Assembly (NCBI GenBank): GCA_965202805.1 | Contig: OZ241869.1 | Location: forward strand, 1,472,001-1,536,000 | DNA length: 64,000 bases | Direction of reading: 5' to 3' | DNA from: Longimicrobiales bacterium | Lineage (GTDB): Bacteria; Gemmatimonadota; Gemmatimonadetes; Longimicrobiales; Gaopeijiaceae | Shown here: positions 1 through 9,100 of the stretch, one piece after another | How the letters are laid out: each line of letters starts with the position of its first letter | Numbering within the stretch: the first letter of the stretch is position 1 | Position numbers and translations under genes: made by a program | The notes under the pieces: generated by a model | The model's input: the letters and a program-made list of their open reading frames with translations, nothing else | The model's database searches: none | Told to the model about the DNA's origin: nothing

Positions 1-727
1 CCGAACGGATGTAGCCGTTGGCTTCGGCGTCGAAGGAATGGCATCGGCCGTCGGGGCTGATGACACCCAGGGCATTGAATGAAGCGCTCAGCCTGGAGGT
101 GCCCAGGTAGTTCACGGACCCGACCAGGGCTTTTTCGCAGTCCCCGGAATGGAGCGCGGTCATCGCCCCGTGCAGTGCAGTGAGGCTCGCCGAGCACGCC
201 GTGCAACTGGTGATGGATGGCCCCATCAGGTTGAAGTGATAGGAGATGCGATTCGCCAGCATGGCAAGACTGATCGTCGTGACGTCGAACGGTCCCGCCC
301 CGTGCATCGGTCTCCAACTGGCTACCGCGGGCACCTGCGCTCCGATGAAGATGCCGGTGGGACTGTTGCGTAACGAAAGAAAGTCCCAGCCAACGCGCTC
401 GAAGGTCTCCCAGGAACAGGTCAGAAGCATCCTGACCTGGGGATCCATCGACAGCATCTCGTCCTGGGACAGGCCGAAGAGCTTGGGATCGATCCGCTTT
501 TCGCCGTCCTCGCGAATCAGGCCCTCGTAGGGGCTCGCGAAGCGGCCCGGACCCGAGAAGCGGCCGATGGGCTGGTAGCCCGGGCCGTACCGGTCCATTA
601 CGGGCTCCTGGACGATCTCGCGGTTGCTTAGCAGGCGCCAGAAGTCCGCATCCGTGCGGATCCCACCGGGCATCCGATAGCTGTACCCGACGATAGCAAC
701 CGGAAATCCGGGTGAAATTGCGCTCAC
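1..727 (-). CDS. Type I PKS, N-terminal KS domain; partial, runs off the window; paralogue of the 6185-13390 PKS
   Basis: Manual translation from GTG at 727 with GGAGG upstream: PVAIVGYSYRMPGG...MDPQVRMLL...LANRISYHFNLMGPS...CTACSASL...SPDGRCHSFDAEANGYIRS. Missing from the ORF track because it has no stop in the window. Confidence 0.93.
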   Translation of the reverse strand, partial: MSAISPGFPVAIVGYSYRMPGGIRTDADFWRLLSNREIVQEPVMDRYGPGYQPIGRFSGPGRFASPYEGLIREDGEKRIDPKLFGLSQDEMLSMDPQVRMLLTCSWETFERVGWDFLSLRNSPTGIFIGAQVPAVASWRPMHGAGPFDVTTISLAMLANRISYHFNLMGPSITSCTACSASLTALHGAMTALHSGDCEKALVGSVNYLGTSRLSASFNALGVISPDGRCHSFDAEANGYIRS

Positions 728-774
728 TCCATCCTCCCGTGCAGCCGGTGGAACGGCCGGCTGCATTCTACGAA

Positions 775-802
775 TGTCGCTTTCTCACCACAAACTGTCG
801 CA
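775..802 (-). promoter_or_regulatory. Direct-repeat site with 21-bp period upstream of the second PKS
   Basis: + strand TGTCGCt at 775 and TGTCGCA at 796. Same motif and spacing at three other promoters in this block. Confidence 0.7.
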
Positions 803-951
803 GCCGTGAGATGGGCGCAACAGAGCACTTCGTGTCCTGGATGCCGCGTAAGCCGGAGGTCTGTCGACGCTGTTGGCGCAGGGCGAAAAGCGTGGCTCCG
901 ATCGCTCCCGAAGTCGGATGCCGGGAGCCGCCGAAGGCCTGACGCAGAGAG

Positions 952-1224
952 TCAGCCCTCGTCCACCACTCGGTGCATGGTCTCGTCGGCGAGTTCGAAC
1001 ATGCCCGCCAGAATCTGTTTGCGCTTCAGCTTCAGCTCTTCGACTCGCCCCCAGAGGACCTTGCGGATCGCCGTGCTGGCGGCGTCGCGCACCTCGGCGG
1101 AGAGAGTGGTGTCGTTCCTGAACTCGTATTTCTCGATCGTGAAATCGGCGATATCCAGAATGTTGTCGCCGACGATGTTGAAATCGACCGAGCTCTTGAC
1201 CGTGATCATTCTATTGTCGCTCAT
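952..1224 (-). CDS. Hypothetical 90-aa protein (copy 1)
   Basis: A conserved paralogue at 14725-14997 keeps the frame (NIVGDNILDIADF, EKYEFRNDTTL, LKRKQILAGMFELADET); GGAGA RBS upstream. Confidence 0.85.
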   Translation of the reverse strand: MSDNRMITVKSSVDFNIVGDNILDIADFTIEKYEFRNDTTLSAEVRDAASTAIRKVLWGRVEELKLKRKQILAGMFELADETMHRVVDEG

Positions 1225-1282
1225 CGGTTTGGTTCTCCGTGAAACGTGTTATGCTCGCGTCCCGATGGTTTCGGACGCCAGG

Positions 1283-1618
1283 TCAGCTCATTGCCCGAAC
1301 CGCGCCGGCCTGGGATCTGTGTACGCCGATCAACTGGTCGAATCCGCTGATGGCAACGACCTCCCGATTCAATTCGGTGAGCGAGCAGAGGGCGAACCTC
1401 CCGCGCGTGAACCTCCTGGCCAGGATCAGGCACACCCGGAGGCCCGCACTACTTATGAATTCGACACGCTCCATGTCCAGAATGAGGGCATCGTCCCCGG
1501 CCCCCAGCCCGCCTTCCACAAGTCCCTGAAAGTCACTCGCGCTCGCGTTGTCTATTCGCCCCAGCACCGAAGCGATCGCGATGCCTCCCTCGCGTCGCCA
1601 CTTCACGTCAACTCTCAT
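1283..1618 (-). CDS. STAS-domain protein / anti-sigma-factor antagonist (copy 1)
   Basis: GRID...LILDMERVEFISSAGLRV...VVAISGFD, the SpoIIAA/RsbV-type signature with phospho-acceptor Ser; GGAGG upstream. Confidence 0.92.
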   Translation of the reverse strand: MRVDVKWRREGGIAIASVLGRIDNASASDFQGLVEGGLGAGDDALILDMERVEFISSAGLRVCLILARRFTRGRFALCSLTELNREVVAISGFDQLIGVHRSQAGAVRAMS

Positions 1619-1639
1619 CCTGTCCCTCCGTTTGGGATT
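1327..1639. repeat. 313-bp near-identical direct repeat (other copy 15104-15416), within a longer diverged duplication (~952-1780 vs ~14725-15550)
   Basis: By eye the two copies differ only at 1612/15389 (C/T). Confidence 0.9.
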
Positions 1640-1679
1640 TGGGGGAAACCCGTCACTCGCATGATCTCACCCGACACAC

Positions 1680-1707
1680 TGTCGCATGTTGCACATGAGA
1701 CGTCGTA
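1680..1707 (-). promoter_or_regulatory. Direct-repeat site with 21-bp period upstream of STAS copy 1
   Basis: TGTCGCA at 1680, CGTCGTA at 1701. Confidence 0.65.
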
Positions 1708-1884
1708 ACGCCTGGGAAGGATCGCGCCTCGAGCGCGACGGGACAACCACGGCCCACGCGCTCCGTGGGCGCCAGGCCGATCAATGTCCAGGACGTCGTT
1801 CCATTCCGCCTCCGGCGACGGTTTCCCGATCAATCGCCCCATCGACATTCCGCGAATGCCCGCGCGAGTGCTCCCGCGGGCTGC

Positions 1885-3666
1885 CTAACGCCTCTCAAAC
1901 ACCGGCAGCGCGCCGGATCGCGCACCGCGGACGCTCTCGGCAGGGGTCGTCGAATCGGTGTCCCTGACGGCGGACCGGAAGGACGCCACGGCATCGTCGA
2001 TACCATCGGCATCGAACCGAAAGTCGGCTGGTATCGACCGATAGCGTGAGTCCACGCGGGCCAGTACCGCCTTCCTGCGGCTGTCGACGACGTCCTCATT
2101 CGTCCCCGCACGCGATATCGCGTCGCGGAACCCCTTCAATTCGTCTTCCAGGAAGTCTTCGAACCCCTGGAGCGCAAGCTGCTGACGGGTGAACTTCTCG
2201 AAGTGATGGCCCAGCGCTGCCAGCCGGATGGCCTCCGGAAGCATGGAAGGATGGTCCTTCGACACCTTCGCGATGTACCTGCTGTAGGCGGGGATCTGGC
2301 TCGGCGAAAGCCGCCGGCGCACCGTCATCAGCCCCAGATAAAGCGCGCTCCTGCTCACGGCCGGGGTCACGTGGGGCAGCGGCTTCAGGTGCTTCAGCAA
2401 GGTCAGGCAGCGCTGGAAGTAGTTCTCGAGGGACGGGTCGTAAACCGTGGAGATCACGCGCAGGTAGCCCTTGAGCAATGTGTCGGCATCCATCTCCGGC
2501 ACGAAGTTCAGGGCCGTTGCGCTGGTGCCGACGGGGACGTCCAGGAGCCGGCCTTCCGACTGCAGCCGCGTGTAGAGATCCGTTCCCTTCAGCGCAGTCA
2601 GCAACCCGACCAGCGCCATGGGAATGCCGGCGTCCTGAATGAACTGGATCTGGGCGTCGAAGACCTGCTCATCGTCTCCGTCGAGCCCGAGGATGAACCC
2701 GCCCATCACCTGCATTCCCCTGCGCTGGATCTTTCGGACGGCGTTCAGCAGATAGTCCTGTTCGCGCCTGCTGATGTTCTGCGGTTTCTTCGTGATGGCG
2801 AGCGCCTTCGGGTTCGGAGTCTCGATGCCCAGGAAGACGCCGTTGAAGCCGGCCTCGATCATTGCGTCCATCACCGAGTCCATTCGGGCCAGGTTCACGC
2901 TCGCTTCGGTGAACAGCTGGAAGGGATACCGGTGCGCCCGCTGCCACTCCGCGATCGCCGGCAGCATGTTCAGGGCGTCGCGCTTGTTGCCGATGAAGTT
3001 GTCGTCGACCAGAAACACATAGCCTCGCCAGCCCAGCCGATAGAGAGCCTCGAATTCCTCGACCATCTGTTCCGGCGACTTGGTCCGGGGCACGCGGCCA
3101 TAGAGCTTGGTAATGTCACAGAACTCACAGTCGAACGGGCAGCCGCGCGAGAACTGCACGCACATCGCGTGATAGGCCCCGAGGTCGATGAGGTCGAAGC
3201 GCGGGACGGGCGTCCGCGTGACATCGGGCTTTCGCGGCTCGCGATAGATGGTTCGTGCCCTGCCTTCCTCGAGATCCCGCAGGAACCGGGGGAAGGTTTC
3301 CTCCGCTTCGTCGAGCACGAAGTAGTCGACTCCCGCGATCTCCTGATGGAATGATGTCGGATAGGGCCCTCCCGCGACCACGGGAACGCCGGCGCGGTTG
3401 CAGCGCTCGATCACCTTCCGCAGGGACTCCCTCTGCACGATCATGGTCGACGTAAACACCATGTCGGCCCAATCCAGATCGGAGTCCCCCAGGTCCGACA
3501 CATTCATGTCGACGACCCGAAGATCGTATTCCGGGGGAAACATCGACGCGACGGTCAGGAGTCCGAGCGGGGGAAAGGCCGCTTTCACGCCGAGCATCTC
3601 CAGGGCGTAGTTGATTCCCCAGTAGGAGGGCGGATAGTCGGGGTAGACCAGCAGGGCATTGCGCAT
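1885..3666 (-). CDS. swfC: B12-binding radical SAM protein with DUF4070-like C-terminus (SwfC-like)
   Basis: Start MRNALLVYP at 3666; PPLGLLTVA and VVAGGPY (cobalamin domain); SRGCPFDCEFC (CxxxCxxC); position directly after PKS and R-ST genes as in swf operons. Confidence 0.9.
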   Translation of the reverse strand: MRNALLVYPDYPPSYWGINYALEMLGVKAAFPPLGLLTVASMFPPEYDLRVVDMNVSDLGDSDLDWADMVFTSTMIVQRESLRKVIERCNRAGVPVVAGGPYPTSFHQEIAGVDYFVLDEAEETFPRFLRDLEEGRARTIYREPRKPDVTRTPVPRFDLIDLGAYHAMCVQFSRGCPFDCEFCDITKLYGRVPRTKSPEQMVEEFEALYRLGWRGYVFLVDDNFIGNKRDALNMLPAIAEWQRAHRYPFQLFTEASVNLARMDSVMDAMIEAGFNGVFLGIETPNPKALAITKKPQNISRREQDYLLNAVRKIQRRGMQVMGGFILGLDGDDEQVFDAQIQFIQDAGIPMALVGLLTALKGTDLYTRLQSEGRLLDVPVGTSATALNFVPEMDADTLLKGYLRVISTVYDPSLENYFQRCLTLLKHLKPLPHVTPAVSRSALYLGLMTVRRRLSPSQIPAYSRYIAKVSKDHPSMLPEAIRLAALGHHFEKFTRQQLALQGFEDFLEDELKGFRDAISRAGTNEDVVDSRRKAVLARVDSRYRSIPADFRFDADGIDDAVASFRSAVRDTDSTTPAESVRGARSGALPVFERR

Positions 3667-3668
3667 GA

Positions 3669-6188
3669 TCAAACCTCCGACTCCCGGAGTCCTCTCTCCG
3701 AGACGAAATCGCGATACCGGGCGAATGCGTCGTCGATCTGCTCGCGCGTCAGCCCGAAGTCCGCGATGTCGTACCGGTGACGCTTCTCGGTGCGGCGCCT
3801 CTCCGCCTGTTCCGCCAGCCAGACGTCCATCGCGGTCACGGCCGCGGGCTCGAGCGTCCATCCGAAATAGTCGTAGATGCGGCCCACGACCGCCAGCGGG
3901 TCCTGGACCAGATCGTAGTAGCTGACATCCATCCAGCGGTGCTCGAGCTCCGGGTGCGAGTTCCGAAAGCTCACCGCCCGATCGAGAAGGTGGCTCATCG
4001 CGCGCAGCTGCTCGGCCCCAAGTACCTCCGCCGGGCGCGGCTCGCTGATGTTGGCGCGGATCCGTTCGACCAGGCTGCACCAGGATCCCATGAACTGAAC
4101 GGGCTCCCGGTGCGTCTGGATGAAGAGGGCGTCCGGATAGGTCTCAAACAGAGCTTCGAGTTCCCTGAGATGAGTCGGCATCTTGAAAAGCCATTGGCCC
4201 TGCATGCCGGGATGGCTTTGCCTGCGCTGATAGTGGTAGTGCTGCATGACCCGGCGATGGTGCCGGTAGGCCTCCCGCGAGCCGTTTTCCTCCAGCCAGC
4301 TATCGTACTGCGGGATGTGATATCGGGCTCCGAACACCCTGGCTTTGAACGACAGCCGAAGGATCGGGATATCCTCCTCCGGCTCGTCGATAGAGATCTG
4401 GTGGACCCCGGAAAAGGAGTCGATGATGCCGGAGGCTTTGAACACGTCGGCAGCCAGCGCGCGCCGAGGATCTGCCGTCGTGCCCGCGACCCTCGCATAG
4501 TCGCCGCTGGGGATCACCGGTTCCACGTACTCGAAGGCTCGCAGCGCCCAGAATCTGCTGTGCCGGGCCATGAGGCGGTGGAGGTAGGTTGTCCCGGTGC
4601 GGTTGATTCCCACGATGAAAACAGGTTGAACGACGTTCTGTCGGCCGATCTCCGGGTACCGCTGCCGTTCGGCGGCCAGCTCGGCGTTGTTGCGCAGCAT
4701 CCGGCACATGTCGAAGGTGACGTGACCGATCCGGGTCTCGAGCAAACCCGCTTCCGGTGATTTCAATGCCTCCACAAGCCGCCGCAGTCCTTCGAGCATC
4801 CACTCCGGGTAGGTCGAATCGAAGCACAGGCCGCGATCGTCCGCGTAACGCCTTGCCTGCCTGAGCAGGTGCTCAAGCTTCAGGTGCCGGCGGGGAGTGG
4901 GGTGCGGCCATGCCTCTGGATGTTCCCTGACCCATCGGTTGTGACGAACGTACCTCGTGAGGGGACCGGGCCAATCGATGGTGACCGGACAGTCTTCACG
5001 AATCGCGCGGTCGCTCACGGGCAAGGAGGTGGCCGAGTCGCTGCCCCGCAACCAGTAGGGGCCGAATTGATCGAACAGTGCCCAGTATCGGGCGAGGGGC
5101 GAGGCGGCACCCCGAGCCTGGCAGGCCCGCTTGAAGGCCTGATAGGAAACCTCCGGATAGTCCAGACCGAGTTCTTCAACGCGAACGGTGGTGTACGACG
5201 GGGTTGGATTGCAGCAGTTGTAGATCGTGGAGCGACGCTCCGGGTTGAACGAGATCTCGGTGCAGATACGGCTCAGTGTGTCGACGGGGTCGCTGTTTGA
5301 CTGCAACGTGAATCCCCGTGGAATCATCCCCACATCCACCACCGCCGCGAAGAGGCGCTGGGTGATGTTGGCCGGCTCCGCGTACCCGGTCGAAGCCATG
5401 CTCGTCTGGGCCAATCGGAAGATCCCGACCGGCAGCCCGACGACATTCGCGAAGAGGATCGCCTGCTCGGCAACGAGCTTGCTCCATGGATATCCGAGGA
5501 GGCCCAGCGGGAATGTTCGCTTCATGCTGGACAGGTCCGGCTGCGTCTGGTCGTCGATGCGAGTGCCCCGATACTCGCGCGCGAATGCGCAGAAATACTC
5601 GGGGAAAATCCCCATCGTCGAAGCGTAGAAGAGATGCTTGTAGCGTGTATGCAGACACAGGTCCAGCACGCTTCGGATGCTGAACGCGTTTACGCGGCGA
5701 ATGGCGCGGTAGGACGAGGAAAGACTCAGGGTCGCTGCGAGATGGTATACGGCATCGATCTCTTCGCAGAGTACGCGAAACCGGGACTCGGACAGCCCGA
5801 AGCGCGGTTCGGCAACGTCCCCGGCGTGCACGCGAATTCGTGGAGCGAAGCCGTCGTCCCAGACCTCCGCGTGCTCCATGTTCGTCCGCAGCCGCTCGAA
5901 GCCCTGCTCGCGGTCGTCGCCGCGCACGATGCAGTGCACCGTGAGTCGCGAATCCCGGGTGAGCAGGTCCCGCACCAGGAAACGGCCGAGGAAGCCGGTC
6001 GCGCCGGTGACGAGGACGTGGCGGAAGTCGGTGGGGGAAACAGCCTCGGCGGGCGTCGCACGGGTGACTGCTTCGCGAACGAAGCTGCGCAACGCAGTAA
6101 GATCGATTTGGCAGTGGGGAGGCAGGCTTCCCGTCAGCGGCGGTATGCGCTGGCGGGTCGCCGCCGACAGAACGCCGCCGCGGTTCAA
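3669..6188 (-). CDS. swfB: Thioester reductase (R) - sulfotransferase fusion (SwfB-like)
   Basis: VLVTGATGFLG, YHLAA, GYPWSK (terminal-reductase SDR), then FIVGINRTGTTYLH (PAPS loop), WLFKMPTH, THREP. TTG start overlaps the PKS stop. Confidence 0.9.
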   Translation of the reverse strand: MNRGGVLSAATRQRIPPLTGSLPPHCQIDLTALRSFVREAVTRATPAEAVSPTDFRHVLVTGATGFLGRFLVRDLLTRDSRLTVHCIVRGDDREQGFERLRTNMEHAEVWDDGFAPRIRVHAGDVAEPRFGLSESRFRVLCEEIDAVYHLAATLSLSSSYRAIRRVNAFSIRSVLDLCLHTRYKHLFYASTMGIFPEYFCAFAREYRGTRIDDQTQPDLSSMKRTFPLGLLGYPWSKLVAEQAILFANVVGLPVGIFRLAQTSMASTGYAEPANITQRLFAAVVDVGMIPRGFTLQSNSDPVDTLSRICTEISFNPERRSTIYNCCNPTPSYTTVRVEELGLDYPEVSYQAFKRACQARGAASPLARYWALFDQFGPYWLRGSDSATSLPVSDRAIREDCPVTIDWPGPLTRYVRHNRWVREHPEAWPHPTPRRHLKLEHLLRQARRYADDRGLCFDSTYPEWMLEGLRRLVEALKSPEAGLLETRIGHVTFDMCRMLRNNAELAAERQRYPEIGRQNVVQPVFIVGINRTGTTYLHRLMARHSRFWALRAFEYVEPVIPSGDYARVAGTTADPRRALAADVFKASGIIDSFSGVHQISIDEPEEDIPILRLSFKARVFGARYHIPQYDSWLEENGSREAYRHHRRVMQHYHYQRRQSHPGMQGQWLFKMPTHLRELEALFETYPDALFIQTHREPVQFMGSWCSLVERIRANISEPRPAEVLGAEQLRAMSHLLDRAVSFRNSHPELEHRWMDVSYYDLVQDPLAVVGRIYDYFGWTLEPAAVTAMDVWLAEQAERRRTEKRHRYDIADFGLTREQIDDAFARYRDFVSERGLRESEV

Positions 6189-9100
6189 TGGCTCCGGGCG
6201 GGCGTGACTCCCGCCCCGTCGGCCGTCCGTGAAGCTCCTCTCCCGCTGGTCGAGGGCACCCCGGAACCGGCCATCCCGTCGCCGCCGGTCGGCGAGTGCC
6301 CGCCGCTGGGGAAGTGATCCTCGGGCGCATTCGCGAAGGGTGAGCGGCGCCTGCGCACTCGCTGCCGGAACTCTTCGTCTACGCCCGCTCTTTCCTCTCC
6401 CTCGCCTGCGACCTCGTCCTCGGTGTCCGAGTCGGTTCCGTGCACGATGGCCTGCGCGAGGGAGAGCGCGGAGGCCGTGGTCATCAGCTCGAGCGCGCTG
6501 ACCTGGTGGTTGAACTGCGTCTGAACGAACGCACCCAGTTCGGCGACCGAAATCGAGGTGAGCCCGAAGCTCGAGAGCGGTTCGGAAACATCGCCTTCGT
6601 CGTGACCGCACAACTCCGCGACCTTGGCGGAGATCTGCGCCACGACACCTTCCAGGGTCAGGTCGCCGCCGGCGTCCACCTCGAACGCCGCCTGATTCGT
6701 GAGCAGACGTCCGTTGCACATGTAGTCGGGAGAATGGACGGTCCACGGAGGGTTCGCGAACAGCGCGGTGACGAGATGGTCGTGGTCCGCCATGGTGCGC
6801 AGGGCGTAGTCGAGGTTCGCGATCGCGAAGTTGGCGCTGACGGTGGTCATGCCGGCAGCCCGCATCATGCGCATGACGTGGAGGCTCCGGGCCGCCATCC
6901 CGACCTCGGTGACCGGACCCAGGTTGTACGAGAAACCCGGGAGGCCGCGCTTGCGTCGCCACGCGGCCAGCCCGTCAAGGAAGCTGCTGGCGCCACTGTA
7001 GTTGATCTGCCCCAGGTTGCCGAAGGTCGAGGCAATCGAGGAGAACAGCACGAAGTAGTCGAGATCCCGGTCGATGGTGGCGTGATGAAGGTTGAGCGCG
7101 CCACTGGCCTTGGGCGCAAACACCCTTGCCAGCGAATCGGGCGACGTGTCCAGGAAAGACCGGTCCTCCAGCGTTCCGGCGAGGTGGAACACGCCCTTCA
7201 GGGGTCGCTCCAGGCCCGCGATACAGCGGTGCACATCCGCCGCGTTCCTCACGTCCCCCGGCACGATGTCGATCTCGTAGTCGTGCGCCATCTTGGACAG
7301 CGTCGTGATCTGGCGGATCCACTCGACGTCGCGGCGCCGCGCGGGATCGCGGTCCATCAGGGTCAGATGGCGCGCACCGGCGGCGATCAGGTAGGGCACG
7401 AAGCGGAGGCCGAACCCACCCAGGCCGCCAGTGACCAGATAGGTCGCGTCCGGATCCAGGAAGGGACGGGTGTCCGCGATGCCGAATCCGCGGTCTGCGG
7501 GATCGGTCGGAGCCTGAAGAACCAGCTTGCCCTGGTGCTGTCCGGTCGTCATCAGGCGAAGCGCCTTCGCGTAGTCGCGGTATGGAAAAGCCGTCAGCGC
7601 GGGGGGCGCGACCGCCCCCTCGTCCATGAGGTCGATGCAGGCCTGGGAGAGCACGTGCGACAATACCGGGTCGTCCAGCATCAGACGGTCCACATCGATC
7701 GCGGCGAAACGCAGATTCTTGCGGAAGACGCGCATGCTGAGAGAGTTGTCGGTGTAGATGTCGACCTTTCCGATCTCGCAGTGCCAGCCGGAAGGACGCA
7801 GCGACTCGAGGCAGAGCGCGATATGGTGGCCCGCGAGCGAATTCAATACGACATCGACGCCTTCGCCTCCCGTGGCCTCCATGAGATCGTCATACCACTG
7901 GTGACTGTGCGAATCGAACGCTCCGCGTACGCCCATCTCGAGCAGCCGGGCACGTTTGCTCTCGTTGCCGGCCGTGGCGAAAACCTCCGCACCGACATGC
8001 CTGGCCAGGGCGATCGCAGCCTGTCCGACACCTCCCATTGCCGAGTGAATGAGGACTCGCTGGCCCTTTCTCAGACGTGCGAGATGGATCAGCGAGTAGT
8101 ATGCGGTGACGTAGACGGAGAGCGCCGAGGCGGCCTCTTCCATGCTCAGCCCGGCTGGCTTCGGAAATGCGAGGTGCTCGTTTACCACCACGCGGTTCGC
8201 GATGCAGCCGCCCACCGTAAGCGCCACCTCGTCCCCGACCTTCAGGCGCTTGACCCCGGAGCCTGCGCGCCGAACCACCCCGCTGGCCTCGATGCCGACT
8301 TCCCGCCCCAGCGCCGATCGCTCGTAGGCGATGGCCGGCAGGAGCCCGAGCGTGACCATGACGTCGCGAAAGTTGAGCGCGGCCGCGCCGACCTCTACTT
8401 CCACATCCGACGGCTCCAGCGGCGGAAGCTCGTACGTGGTCATCCGGAGCCCGCTCACCTGGCCGGGATTGTCCAGGCGAAGCCGGTACGGCGGTTCGTC
8501 ACCATCGGGCACGAGCGGCGCGCGCTGCCGGACGCTGACGATGCGCGGGACCCATGTGCGCCCCTCTCTGATCGCCAGTTCGCGCTCGCGCAGATCGCAC
8601 CGGGTGAGACGGGCCAGGACCTCCAGGTCATCCTCGGAGCCGACGTCCACAAGCCTGAAGTCGATCCGGGTGTCTTCGGCGAGGAGTTCCAGGGCGATAC
8701 TGCGCACCGCTCCCCAGAGCGCGCTGCCGCGCGGATTGTCCACCCCGCAGACCGCGCCGCGCGTCACCACCGTCAGACGGCAGTCACGGGTCGCGCGCTC
8801 CAGCCGGAGCGGCGCCAGGGCCTGAAGAAACGCCACGAATTCCCAGACGGCACGCTCCCCCGTGGGGTCTGTCGGATCCGTACCGACAAAGAAGTCGATC
8901 GCTTCCGGATCGGCCGCCCCCGGCGATTCGTCCAGCCAGCTGGAATCGGTTGCCTCGATCGTCGACCAGGGGACGCGGTGCACCGCCGGCGAGTCGAGGA
9001 GGTCGAGCCAGCTCGCCGCGAGGCTGCCCGGTTCGCCGATCACCCAGCGGGAGCCCGGAGTGGCGGCCGCCACCGTGGCTTCGGGCGCGTCCGCCGCCTC

